Shown one piece after another: positions 37,889 through 47,559 of a stretch of DNA of 64,000 bases (positions are counted from its first letter, which is position 1; each line of letters opens with the position of its first letter). This DNA is from an uncultured Bacteroidota bacterium. Its GTDB lineage: Bacteria > Bacteroidota > Bacteroidia > Bacteroidales > UBA12481. Made by a program: the position numbers and the translations under genes. The stretch is from NCBI GenBank assembly GCA_903851365.1, contig CAINOB010000063.1, forward strand, positions 21,675-85,674, given 5' to 3'. A model generated the notes under the pieces. That model was not told where the DNA came from and ran no database searches. It saw nothing but the letters and a program-made list of their open reading frames with translations.

Positions 37889-40800
37889 AAAAAAGGATCA
37901 TTGCTGTTGCCATACTTTTGGCTGTCGTTTTTGCAGGAACCGGAAAATTGTATTCTCAGGCAATTCCGGATAAAAAGATTACAAAAGAAGAGCGGGTGAA
38001 ATGGTTCTTTGATGCCCGTTTTGGCATGATGATTACCTGGGGTGCCTACGCGCAGGCCGGTGGATATTGGAAAGGTGTTTATGAGGGCGGTTATTCTGAG
38101 TGGCTCAAGTTTCGACAGATTCCGAATGTTGAATACGACTCATTGATCCGGGAATTCAATCCGGTGGAATTTAACGCCGCTAATTGGGTGGCTATCGCCA
38201 AGGGTGCAGGTATGAAATACATGGTTATGATGGCCAAACATCACGATGGATTCGCCTTGTATGATTCAAAAGTCAGTACTTACGATATTGTGGATATGAC
38301 CCGGTTCAAGCGTGATCCAGTTGCGGAACTTGCAGCGGAATGCCAGAAGCAGGGCTTGAAATTCGGGGTTTATTATTCGGTCGATCGCGACTGGCATCAT
38401 CCTGATGCTGCATGCGACGGAAGATATAATCAATGCAATTTCTGGGATTATCCTCAGAATAAGGCACCAGATGCGATGGAAAGATGGCACAATAGCTATT
38501 TTCCAAATTATGCCTATAAGCAGGTGGAGGAGCTGGTTACACGGTATCCGATCGATATTGTGTGGTTCGATGGTATTGGCCTGAAAACACGTAAGGAGAT
38601 TGCAAAACTGGATTCACTCATTCATACTTTAAGGCCAAATTGCCTGATCAATAGCCGTATCAGCAACTTCGTAGGTTCAACCGACGGGGATTACGGATCA
38701 AAGGGGGATAATGAAACTCCTGGCGGTTATCAGGCAGGTGGCTGGGAAAATCCTGGCACACTGGGCTTCTCCTATGGCTATTCGGTGCACGACAGCTTAA
38801 TGAGCCCGAAACAGGCGGTTCATAATCTGATTGATATCGTGAGTAAAGGAGGTAACTACCTTCTCAATGTCGGTCCCGATGGTAAAGGAAAAATAATCCC
38901 TGAGGCTACCAATATTCTTTATAAGATGGGTGACTGGCTGCGCATATACGGAGCAAGTATTTATGGTGCCGATGGTATGCCATACAGCCCGCCGGAAAAT
39001 ATCAGGATAACCGGGAAACAGCACCAACTATTTATTCATCTCTTCGAACCAACCAATAAAACGGTTGTTCTGAATGGGATTATGAAGGAAGCCGGTAAAT
39101 TCCTGACCGGTGTAAAAAAGGCTTATATGCTTGCTGATCCCAGAAAGCAGCCACTGAAATTCCAGCTGAATGAGGATGGTTTATCTGTGGATCTTTCAGC
39201 AAACCCGATTCCGGCAGATAAGCTGAATCCTTTAGCAGAGGTGATTGTGGTTAATGATGTCGATGAAAATATCGCGGCAGCCAAACCATACCCGGACTGG
39301 AAATACTCCGGTTCAATGTTTATAATCACCACCGGTGAAGGGGTGGGTGCCTACCTGCCTGTTTCGTCAAAAGTGAATGACTTTCCTCTATTGATCAGGC
39401 TTGATAAATCGTCTTTTGATTTCACTCATGCTTTGGCAAATGGCGAGGATATCCGCTTTGCAACTGCCGGAGGTCAGCGACTGGCGTACCAGATTGAGAA
39501 CTGGAATGCCGCTAATGGCGCTGCAAATATCTGGGTAAGAATACCTGAAATTAGAGGTAATGAACGCCAGGAAATCAAGATGTTCTGGGGTAAGAATGAT
39601 GCCTGGAATGAATCGGACGGATCTGCCGTGTTTAATGAATCAAATGGATATTTGACAGTGGTTCACATGGATAGCAAGTTGAAAGATGAAGCAGGCAGTG
39701 TGAAACCCGTTAATGTTGGAGCTACCGAAACTGATGGTATGGTTGGTCGCGCTATGCGTTTCGAGGAAACCCATGGCATCAGCTGTGGTGAGAAGATTAT
39801 GAATTTTCCCTCTGGTTCCGCGCCAAGCTCTACAGAGGTATGGGTCCGCAGCGATCAGCCTAACGGACTGATCCTGGGTTGGGGTAATGAGGAGAAAACA
39901 GGTAAAGTGACCATGAATTTTGCCAGTCCCCCTCAGATAAAAATGGACTGCTACTGGTCTGGAGCTAATGTAAACAGTGGATGGTGTCCGGTAAAAGAAT
40001 GGTTTCACGTGGTTCACACTTACCAACAGGGTGATTCAAGAATATATATCAATGGAAGACTTTACGGAGCTTCTGCTTCGGTCAAAAATCCGCTGGCTAT
40101 AAAGAGTCCGGTCGGATTCTGGATCGGTGGCTGGAAAAATGATTATTGGTTCACCGGGGAAATCGATGAGGTGCGGATATCAAAAGTGACCCGCTCGCCT
40201 GAATGGATTAATCTGGAATATGAAAACCAGAAGCCGGAACAGACTCTGGTTGGAGCTTTGGTGAAACCCGGAAATAGCTTTAGCGTTTCGTCTCAGAAGA
40301 TCACTATCGAGGAGGGAAAGTCAGTCACAATTACCGCTCAGGCAGATGGAGCAATTAAAACGTCTTGGGGAAATGATATCTACACTTTGTCCACCGACCG
40401 TTTGTCCTACACTTTTAATGCAGGCAGGGTAACTGGTGATGTTTACACTTCACTGACATTTACCGCGGTATATCCTGATGAGGTTAAAACGATTGAGATC
40501 CCGATAAAAATTACCGAACAGATTCCTGAACCTGTTTTTACACTGAAAGCTCCGGAATTCTGGAATGGCCGCGATCCCATCGAAATCATTCCGGAGATCA
40601 CCAATTTAAAGGAGATGATTGCCAAAGGGGCCGGCCAATTGAATTATACCTGGAAAGTTTATGGAGGAGCTGTCATTAAAAAGGAATCGGAGAAATTGGT
40701 CCTCCTGCGTTCGCAGTGCAGCGGAATAATTACGGTTGTACTGATACTTAATAATGGAGGACCAGAAGTGCAATCCTGGGTTAAACTGACGGTTAAGGAA

Positions 40801-43800
40801 CCTGAAAATGATCCCTGGATTATCAAAAGCGCGGGTGCAATTGAAAAACCTGTTGACAACCAGTTTGTCGCCCGTAATGATAAAAATGAGGGAATTCTCC
40901 ACTATAACGGGAAACTGACATCAACTGCAGATTCTGTTTTCGTGAGGGTTTATGCCGATGGAAAACAGATCAGTCAGCAAGCGCATAAAGTTCTGGCTGA
41001 CAAGGCTTATGCTTTTGAGCTGAAATTAAAGCCGGGTCTCGTAAAATATAAGATTGAACTTGGCTCCAAGGTGGGAAGCAAAGAGAAAGTGCTGGAATCT
41101 GTTGGTAATATTGTTTGTGGTGATGCGTATATTATTGATGGACAGTCGAATGCGGAGGCCAACGATTATGGGAAAGCTGTAAATCCTTATACAAGCGATT
41201 TTCTTCGGAGTTTTGGCTGTGCCGATACCGATCCTGCAAAATCCCGGCTGAACCTTTGGGGCAACGCCGTTTCTTATGATAATCAGGGCGCTAAACTGCA
41301 AATCGGCTACTGGGGCATTGAGCTTGGCAAAATGCTGATCGAAAACAATAAAATCCCTGTTTGCATTATAAACGGATCGGTTGGTGGAAGCCGGATTGAT
41401 GTTCACCAGCGTAATGAAGCGAATCCAACAGATTCAACAACTATCTACGGCCGGCTGCTATGGAGAATTCAAAAGGCTGGTCTCACCGATGGCATCAGAG
41501 GCGCATTCTGGCATCAGGGAGAGAACGACCAGGGAGCTGCCGGTCCGAGTGGCCGTTTTGGCTGGGAGGATTATCAGCAGTATTTTATCGACATGTCGGC
41601 CGCCTGGAAACAGGATTATCCGAATATTCAACACTACTATCTTTTCCAGATATGGCCTCGTTCCTGCGCCATGACTGAGAATGGCTCCGATAATACACTT
41701 CGAGAGAAACAGCGGACTTTACCTTCTCTTTTCTCTCACATGAGTGTGATGTCGACCCTCGGAATCAAGCCTCCCGGTGGTTGTCATTACCCTCCGGAGG
41801 GATATGCCCAGATCGCACGGCTCATCTGCCCGTTAGTGGAACACGATAATTACGGACGATTTTTCGACCACACCATAACCGCCCCTGATCTGATTTCAGC
41901 CAGGTACACGTCAACTAAGAGTGATGAAATTTCAATAGAATTTAATCAGCCGGTAGTCTGGAAAGATACCCTGGCCTCCCAGTTTTATCTCAATGGGAAT
42001 AGTGGAATGGTTGGCTCTGGTTCTGTGACCGGAAATATTTTGAAAATCAAGTTAAAGGAGCCATTAAAAGCCTCCAGAATCTCTTATCTCGACAGTAAGC
42101 TATGGAGCCAGGATAACCTCCTCTGGGGCGAAAACGGCATTGCCGCACTCACATTTTGGGATGTTCCACTCATGCGTTTTATCCCCGTTTCCGATTCCAG
42201 CATTCAAAGCGGACTGTCCGCTTACAACTGGGTGAAAGAGAAGGCAGGTATCAGTTCATCCGTATGTGGAGCATCCATATCCGTGCAATTCAATTTTACA
42301 AATAGTGTGGCTGTGGAGATTTCAACTTCTCATATGGCTTTCGAATCACCTGACCGGTTTCCGATCCTTGCCTGGACAGTAAATGGCGGGCCTGTTCAAA
42401 CGCATCAGATAAAAGCCGGTGAAAAGTCAATACAACTGGCTTATGGGCCAAAAAATCCGGTTATTGAATTGTATATTAAAGGAATGTCGCCGATGGAAGA
42501 TCGGTATAACGGAGATCTTCCACCGAACAGTGTTAAAATAACCGGATTTATCGTGGAGGCATATGGGAAAGCCTATCCAACAAATTCAACCGGAAAGCAT
42601 TGGCTCACGATTGGCGATTCCATTCTTTCCGGCGATGGCGCTGCACTGACAACTGATCAGGGACGGCCTGCAGATGACCTTTGGGTAGCATCCGATAATG
42701 CCCGTGCGAGCTATGGATATTTGCTTGCCCGGCACTACGGCTATCTGGAATCGCGACTAGCCTTTGGCGGGTATGACTGGGGTGGGGGCATGGCCGCAAA
42801 TCCATCGTTAAATGTGCTTATCGACAATATAACCAGCACCAAAAGCAGGCTCGTCGATGGTAAGCTCTATCCTGTTCCGGAAGTTTGTATGATCAATCTG
42901 GGAGAAAATGGGGCTCCGGCTGCCAAAGATGTGATCGAAGCTTTGAAAAAACTTCGCACCCGGGTGAACCCATCAACGAAAATTATCGTGATGATTCCTG
43001 TATCCGGCCGTGCCTTAAAGGAAGTGACGCTAAGCTTTAATCAATATAAAACTAATACAGGCGATAGATATGTCTATCTCGTTGACCTTGGCAAAATTGC
43101 GTTTTCAACCGGCGACGGCCAGCACCCGACAGCTGGCGGCCATGAATCGATTTACAAGGCTGCCCTGACTTCTTTCGATTCAATTTTTGACGTTATCTCG
43201 CTGTGGAATGGTAAAGCTCCGGATGGGCAAGGAAAATTCACTGCTGAAAACCCGGTAATTACCGTTCACCATCCCGAAAAGCCGAACGGCGCCATGGTCG
43301 TGATTTGTCCGGGAGGTGGATACGGTGGCCTGGTTAAAGGACCTGAAGGTCATGGGATTGCAGAGTGGCTGAATGAGAATGGAATCACTGGTTTGGTGCT
43401 GGAATACCGCTTACCGAAAGGCCGCCAGGAGGTACCGTTGCTTGATGCACAGCGGGCTATCCGGTTGGCTCGCTCAAAGGCTGCCAACTGGGGCTGCGAT
43501 CCAAAACGAATCGGGATCATAGGATTTTCAGCCGGCGGACATCTGGCATCGACAGCAGCCACCCATTTTGATGAGGGAGATAAAAAGGCAGCCGATCCAA
43601 TCGCCAGACTGAGCTCACGGCCTGATTTTGCTATCCTTATTTATCCTGTCATTACCATGGGACCAAAGACGCACGAAGGATCAAAAAGAAATCTTCTCGG
43701 ACCCGATCCCAAAGAGGAATCAGTCAATCGATTTTCAAATGAGAAACAGGTGACCAGCCTAACTCCGCCAGTATTTCTAGCACATGCGCTTGACGATGAT

Positions 43801-43995
43801 ATGGTGCCACCCGATAATAGCGAGATGTTTTACAATGCAATGATTGCGCATAATTCAAAGACATATTACCTTAGATTGCCCTCTGGCGGTCATGGGTTAA
43901 ATGGTTATAGCGGCCCCATGTGGGAGGAATGGAAAACGACTAGTCTACAATGGTTGAAAGACATTAAGATAATACCAAAAACAGGTAAAAAATGA
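37885..43995 (+). CDS. 2036-aa multidomain CAZyme: GH29 + DUF2341 + LamG + SASA/CE6-like esterase + SGNH esterase + alpha/beta-hydrolase (BD-FAE-like)
   Basis: KHHDGF/WFDG/SKGGNYLLNVGP (GH29). FPLLIRL..NGEDIRF..YQIENW..IWVRIP (DUF2341). WFHVVHTY..GEIDEVRIS (LamG). IIDGQSN..FWHQGE..GCHY (SASA). IGDSI..NLGEN..DGQHP (SGNH). CPGGGY..GFSAGGHLA..GGHG (alpha/beta hydrolase). Confidence 0.88.
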   Translation: MKKRIIAVAILLAVVFAGTGKLYSQAIPDKKITKEERVKWFFDARFGMMITWGAYAQAGGYWKGVYEGGYSEWLKFRQIPNVEYDSLIREFNPVEFNAANWVAIAKGAGMKYMVMMAKHHDGFALYDSKVSTYDIVDMTRFKRDPVAELAAECQKQGLKFGVYYSVDRDWHHPDAACDGRYNQCNFWDYPQNKAPDAMERWHNSYFPNYAYKQVEELVTRYPIDIVWFDGIGLKTRKEIAKLDSLIHTLRPNCLINSRISNFVGSTDGDYGSKGDNETPGGYQAGGWENPGTLGFSYGYSVHDSLMSPKQAVHNLIDIVSKGGNYLLNVGPDGKGKIIPEATNILYKMGDWLRIYGASIYGADGMPYSPPENIRITGKQHQLFIHLFEPTNKTVVLNGIMKEAGKFLTGVKKAYMLADPRKQPLKFQLNEDGLSVDLSANPIPADKLNPLAEVIVVNDVDENIAAAKPYPDWKYSGSMFIITTGEGVGAYLPVSSKVNDFPLLIRLDKSSFDFTHALANGEDIRFATAGGQRLAYQIENWNAANGAANIWVRIPEIRGNERQEIKMFWGKNDAWNESDGSAVFNESNGYLTVVHMDSKLKDEAGSVKPVNVGATETDGMVGRAMRFEETHGISCGEKIMNFPSGSAPSSTEVWVRSDQPNGLILGWGNEEKTGKVTMNFASPPQIKMDCYWSGANVNSGWCPVKEWFHVVHTYQQGDSRIYINGRLYGASASVKNPLAIKSPVGFWIGGWKNDYWFTGEIDEVRISKVTRSPEWINLEYENQKPEQTLVGALVKPGNSFSVSSQKITIEEGKSVTITAQADGAIKTSWGNDIYTLSTDRLSYTFNAGRVTGDVYTSLTFTAVYPDEVKTIEIPIKITEQIPEPVFTLKAPEFWNGRDPIEIIPEITNLKEMIAKGAGQLNYTWKVYGGAVIKKESEKLVLLRSQCSGIITVVLILNNGGPEVQSWVKLTVKEPENDPWIIKSAGAIEKPVDNQFVARNDKNEGILHYNGKLTSTADSVFVRVYADGKQISQQAHKVLADKAYAFELKLKPGLVKYKIELGSKVGSKEKVLESVGNIVCGDAYIIDGQSNAEANDYGKAVNPYTSDFLRSFGCADTDPAKSRLNLWGNAVSYDNQGAKLQIGYWGIELGKMLIENNKIPVCIINGSVGGSRIDVHQRNEANPTDSTTIYGRLLWRIQKAGLTDGIRGAFWHQGENDQGAAGPSGRFGWEDYQQYFIDMSAAWKQDYPNIQHYYLFQIWPRSCAMTENGSDNTLREKQRTLPSLFSHMSVMSTLGIKPPGGCHYPPEGYAQIARLICPLVEHDNYGRFFDHTITAPDLISARYTSTKSDEISIEFNQPVVWKDTLASQFYLNGNSGMVGSGSVTGNILKIKLKEPLKASRISYLDSKLWSQDNLLWGENGIAALTFWDVPLMRFIPVSDSSIQSGLSAYNWVKEKAGISSSVCGASISVQFNFTNSVAVEISTSHMAFESPDRFPILAWTVNGGPVQTHQIKAGEKSIQLAYGPKNPVIELYIKGMSPMEDRYNGDLPPNSVKITGFIVEAYGKAYPTNSTGKHWLTIGDSILSGDGAALTTDQGRPADDLWVASDNARASYGYLLARHYGYLESRLAFGGYDWGGGMAANPSLNVLIDNITSTKSRLVDGKLYPVPEVCMINLGENGAPAAKDVIEALKKLRTRVNPSTKIIVMIPVSGRALKEVTLSFNQYKTNTGDRYVYLVDLGKIAFSTGDGQHPTAGGHESIYKAALTSFDSIFDVISLWNGKAPDGQGKFTAENPVITVHHPEKPNGAMVVICPGGGYGGLVKGPEGHGIAEWLNENGITGLVLEYRLPKGRQEVPLLDAQRAIRLARSKAANWGCDPKRIGIIGFSAGGHLASTAATHFDEGDKKAADPIARLSSRPDFAILIYPVITMGPKTHEGSKRNLLGPDPKEESVNRFSNEKQVTSLTPPVFLAHALDDDMVPPDNSEMFYNAMIAHNSKTYYLRLPSGGHGLNGYSGPMWEEWKTTSLQWLKDIKIIPKTGKK

Positions 43996-46900
43996 AGAAA
44001 TTATTAATTGTTCTGGCAAGTGTCGTGTTGGGGATTTCCCTGATGCAGTGCACCCCGGCAGCGAAAAATCAGGCTGCTGATGATCTGGCGAAGAACTTTG
44101 TTAGCCCACCGGATAATGCCCGGATCTGGGTGTATTGGTTCTGGCTTAACAGCAATATAACCAAAGAAGGAATTACTGCCGATATGGAAGCCATGAAGAA
44201 GGTGGGGATTGGTGGCGTGCTGATTATGGAGGTCGACCAGGGCGCACCGGTGGGGCCGGTAGCCTTTATGGGTGATAAATGGCGCGAGCTTTTTAAGTTT
44301 ATGATTTCCGAAGCCAGCCGCCTCGGTATCGAAGTGAACATGAATAACGATGCCGGCTGGAACGGCAGCGGAGGTCCTTGGGTGCCTCTGGATAAATCAA
44401 TGCAGGTGGTCACCGCCAGCGAAAAGCAGGTCCCCGCAGGAAAGAAATTTGAAGGCTTATTACCCCTGCCAAAATCAAACAGTGGTTTTTATCGTGATAT
44501 AACCGTTCTCGCATTTCCAACTCCCGCCGATGCTGCAAATCCGGCTTACAGGATAAAGAACCTGGCTGCCAAGAGCATGTCGTCGGGCGGTATGATGCCC
44601 GGCAGTCTGGATGCTACCGAAGGATCTGCAGTTCCTGTTGAATCGCTTATCCCAGTAAGTAAAATATTGGATATCAGTTCAAATATGGATTCCTCCGGGA
44701 AACTTACCTGGGATGCCCCGAAAATTGAGGGTAAATCATCAGGCGGTTGGACCGTGGTCAGGTTCGGACACACCTTTACCGGAGCTGAAAATGCACCTTC
44801 CCCCATGACCGGCCGAGGCCCGGAATGTGATAAACTCAGCAAGGAGGGGATTGATGCCAACTACAATGGCATGATCGGAAAATTGGTGAAAGATGTCGGA
44901 TCACTTACCGGTAAAGTTTTTGCCGCTACCCACGTCGACAGCTGGGAAGTTGGTGCTCAAAACTGGACACCAAAAATGAGAGAAGAATTCAAGCGGCTTC
45001 GCGGCTATGATATGACTCCCTGGATGCCTGTTCTGACCGGCCGCATGGTGGAAAGCCCGGAATTATCCGAAAGATTCCTGCGGGATGTCAGACAAACTGT
45101 ATCCGACCTGCTGGCCGTAAACTATATCGGCCATCTCAAGGAATTGGCGAATAAAGATGGTTTGCGTTTGTCGATGGAGTCCTACTCAACTCCGGCAAAT
45201 GATCTGGATGTTGGAAACTATATTGATGAACCGATCAGTGAGTTCTGGACTCAGGATGGCGGTGGCTTCTGGTGGACCCAGAAGGCCATGTCATCGCTCT
45301 CGCATGTGAATGGCCTGCCTATCACAGGTGCAGAGTCATTTACCTCCGGAAGTGAGGAACGCTGGTTGTTACATCCGGCTGCGATTAAAGCTTTGGGCGA
45401 CAGAGCTTTTTGCGACGGGGTAAATCGCTTCATTATTCATCGTTATGCAATGCAGCCCTGGATTGAAGACAGGCGCCCCGGTATGACGATGGGCCCGTGG
45501 GGACTGCATTATGAACGGACTGAAACCTGGTGGGAAGATTCGAAAGCGTGGCATGAATATGTAGGCAGGTGCCAGTATATGCTGCGGCAGGGAAAGTTTG
45601 TGGCCGATGTTTTGAGCCTGAATTCCGAAGAGCCCCTGCAGCGGTTCAGGGTCCTGAAACTGAATGGATATGATTACGATGGCATCAGCCCGCAGAAATT
45701 TCTGAAAGATGTAAGCGTCAAGGATGGATTGCTGGTTCTGCCTTCGGGTATGACCTATCGCCTGCTTGTTTTACCGGAAGATAATGAAATGTCAGTTGCC
45801 ATGCTGACCAAGATTAAGGCACTTGTGGATGCCGGGGCAAAAGTCACTGGCAAGGCTCCCACAAAAGCTCCGGGCCTCTCTGGCTATCCGGATTCTGATG
45901 TCCAGGTTAAGAAGCTGGTGGAAAACCTTTGGGGAAGCGGTAAAATTATCGCTGATAAAACTCCCTCTGAAGTTCTGGCTGGTATGGGCATTAAATCTGA
46001 TTTTATTTCAAACGTGCCGATGAACTTTATCCACCATACAGTCAATGGACGTGAAGTATATTTTATTGCATGTCCTGACCAGGAAACTAACGATATCGTT
46101 TGCAGCTTTAGGGTAACCGGAATGAAACCTGAATCATGGAATGCGGTGACTGGTAAAATTGAACCGATAACCGTATATGAAGAGTCAGATGGCTGCACCA
46201 AAATTCCTATGCGTTTTGAACCCTCCGGATCCCGTTTTATCGTTTTTAGTAAGGAGGTTGTTAAGGATGCAGATAGAATAGTTTCTGTAAAAGCAGACGG
46301 AAAAGAGCTGGTATCCATGGATATAGCTGTTAAAAAAGATGGACCGTCGATTCCATTGGTAGAAACCCGCACCAATTTCACTATGGCCGGCTGGGTGAAA
46401 CCTGATCAGGAAATTACACTTACCGAAGAGGCAAACAAAGGAGCTAATGCTCTTTCGGTGGAACGCAATGATGTGGTTTATGCTGCCCCCGGGCATGAAG
46501 TCTGGACCGTCAAAGATGCCGGTGCAGGTTTCGGAGTGGGTACTAATGGCGTGGGTGTTTATGAACATACTGCCGATTATTTTCCGTCACTTCTCGTACA
46601 TGCTGTTCCATTAATAGGCTGGACTCACATCGCCGTAGTTTATCAGGATAATACCCCGAGCCTCTGGATTAACGGGAAATTTGTGCATAAAGGATTGAAG
46701 AGCACGAAAGTTGTTCACGGGGGTTATGGTGTGATTCATACCAGGCGCGTAAAAACATTTACCGGGCAGGTTGCCGGACTTGGTCAGTTTGCGAAAGCCC
46801 TGAATGCTGAAGAAATTATGAAACTCTATCAGACAGTACCTGATACCACAGTTGTTCTGAAAAATGAACCGGCATTCGATCTGGTCAGTCGGGAGATTTT

Positions 46901-47549
46901 GAGGAACGGAACTTTCGAAATCAAAACTGCCGATGGAAAAACACGCAGCATCTTAACCGATAGGATTCCTCCTAAAATGGAATTGAGCGGCCCATGGGAG
47001 TTAAGCTTTACACCTGGCTGGGGCGCACCCGATAAGGTCAATCTCGATAAGCTGATCTCCTGGAGCAAACATCCGGATAATGGAGTAAAATATTTTTCGG
47101 GGACCGCGACCTATCGGAAATCGTTCAAATATGCATCCCTGCAAGAGAAAAACAGCCAGCTTAAACCGGCTATTTATCTTGATCTTGGCAGAGTTGCTAT
47201 AATGGCCAAAGTCAAACTGAATGGTCAGGATCTTGGAATTCTTTGGAGAACACCTTATCGCATTGACGTTACTAAAGTTATTCGTGAAGGTGAAAATTCA
47301 CTGGAGATCGAGGTAGTTAACTTGATGATAAATAGGATGATCGGCGATGAGCAGCTGGCTGAAGACAGTGAGCGAAATCCCAATGGTACATTAAAAAAAT
47401 GGCCGCAATGGCTGCAGGATAAAAAACCCAGCCCAACCGGACGTTTTACTTTTACCAGCTGGCGCCTCTGGGCAAAAGATACCCCTTTGCGTGAGTCGGG
47501 ACTGCTAGGCCCGGTTACAATAAATACCACAGAAGTATTCATAAAGTAA
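43992..47549 (+). CDS. GH106 alpha-L-rhamnosidase-like lipoprotein with LamG-like insertion
   Basis: WVYWFWLNSNITKEGITADMEAMKKVGIGG, GWNGSGGPWV, HVDSWE, GAESFTS, GVNRFIIH and PGMTMGPWG. C-terminal LDLGRV..SGLLGPV. Confidence 0.9.
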   Translation: MKKLLIVLASVVLGISLMQCTPAAKNQAADDLAKNFVSPPDNARIWVYWFWLNSNITKEGITADMEAMKKVGIGGVLIMEVDQGAPVGPVAFMGDKWRELFKFMISEASRLGIEVNMNNDAGWNGSGGPWVPLDKSMQVVTASEKQVPAGKKFEGLLPLPKSNSGFYRDITVLAFPTPADAANPAYRIKNLAAKSMSSGGMMPGSLDATEGSAVPVESLIPVSKILDISSNMDSSGKLTWDAPKIEGKSSGGWTVVRFGHTFTGAENAPSPMTGRGPECDKLSKEGIDANYNGMIGKLVKDVGSLTGKVFAATHVDSWEVGAQNWTPKMREEFKRLRGYDMTPWMPVLTGRMVESPELSERFLRDVRQTVSDLLAVNYIGHLKELANKDGLRLSMESYSTPANDLDVGNYIDEPISEFWTQDGGGFWWTQKAMSSLSHVNGLPITGAESFTSGSEERWLLHPAAIKALGDRAFCDGVNRFIIHRYAMQPWIEDRRPGMTMGPWGLHYERTETWWEDSKAWHEYVGRCQYMLRQGKFVADVLSLNSEEPLQRFRVLKLNGYDYDGISPQKFLKDVSVKDGLLVLPSGMTYRLLVLPEDNEMSVAMLTKIKALVDAGAKVTGKAPTKAPGLSGYPDSDVQVKKLVENLWGSGKIIADKTPSEVLAGMGIKSDFISNVPMNFIHHTVNGREVYFIACPDQETNDIVCSFRVTGMKPESWNAVTGKIEPITVYEESDGCTKIPMRFEPSGSRFIVFSKEVVKDADRIVSVKADGKELVSMDIAVKKDGPSIPLVETRTNFTMAGWVKPDQEITLTEEANKGANALSVERNDVVYAAPGHEVWTVKDAGAGFGVGTNGVGVYEHTADYFPSLLVHAVPLIGWTHIAVVYQDNTPSLWINGKFVHKGLKSTKVVHGGYGVIHTRRVKTFTGQVAGLGQFAKALNAEEIMKLYQTVPDTTVVLKNEPAFDLVSREILRNGTFEIKTADGKTRSILTDRIPPKMELSGPWELSFTPGWGAPDKVNLDKLISWSKHPDNGVKYFSGTATYRKSFKYASLQEKNSQLKPAIYLDLGRVAIMAKVKLNGQDLGILWRTPYRIDVTKVIREGENSLEIEVVNLMINRMIGDEQLAEDSERNPNGTLKKWPQWLQDKKPSPTGRFTFTSWRLWAKDTPLRESGLLGPVTINTTEVFIK

Positions 47550-47559
47550 ATAGATTCTT

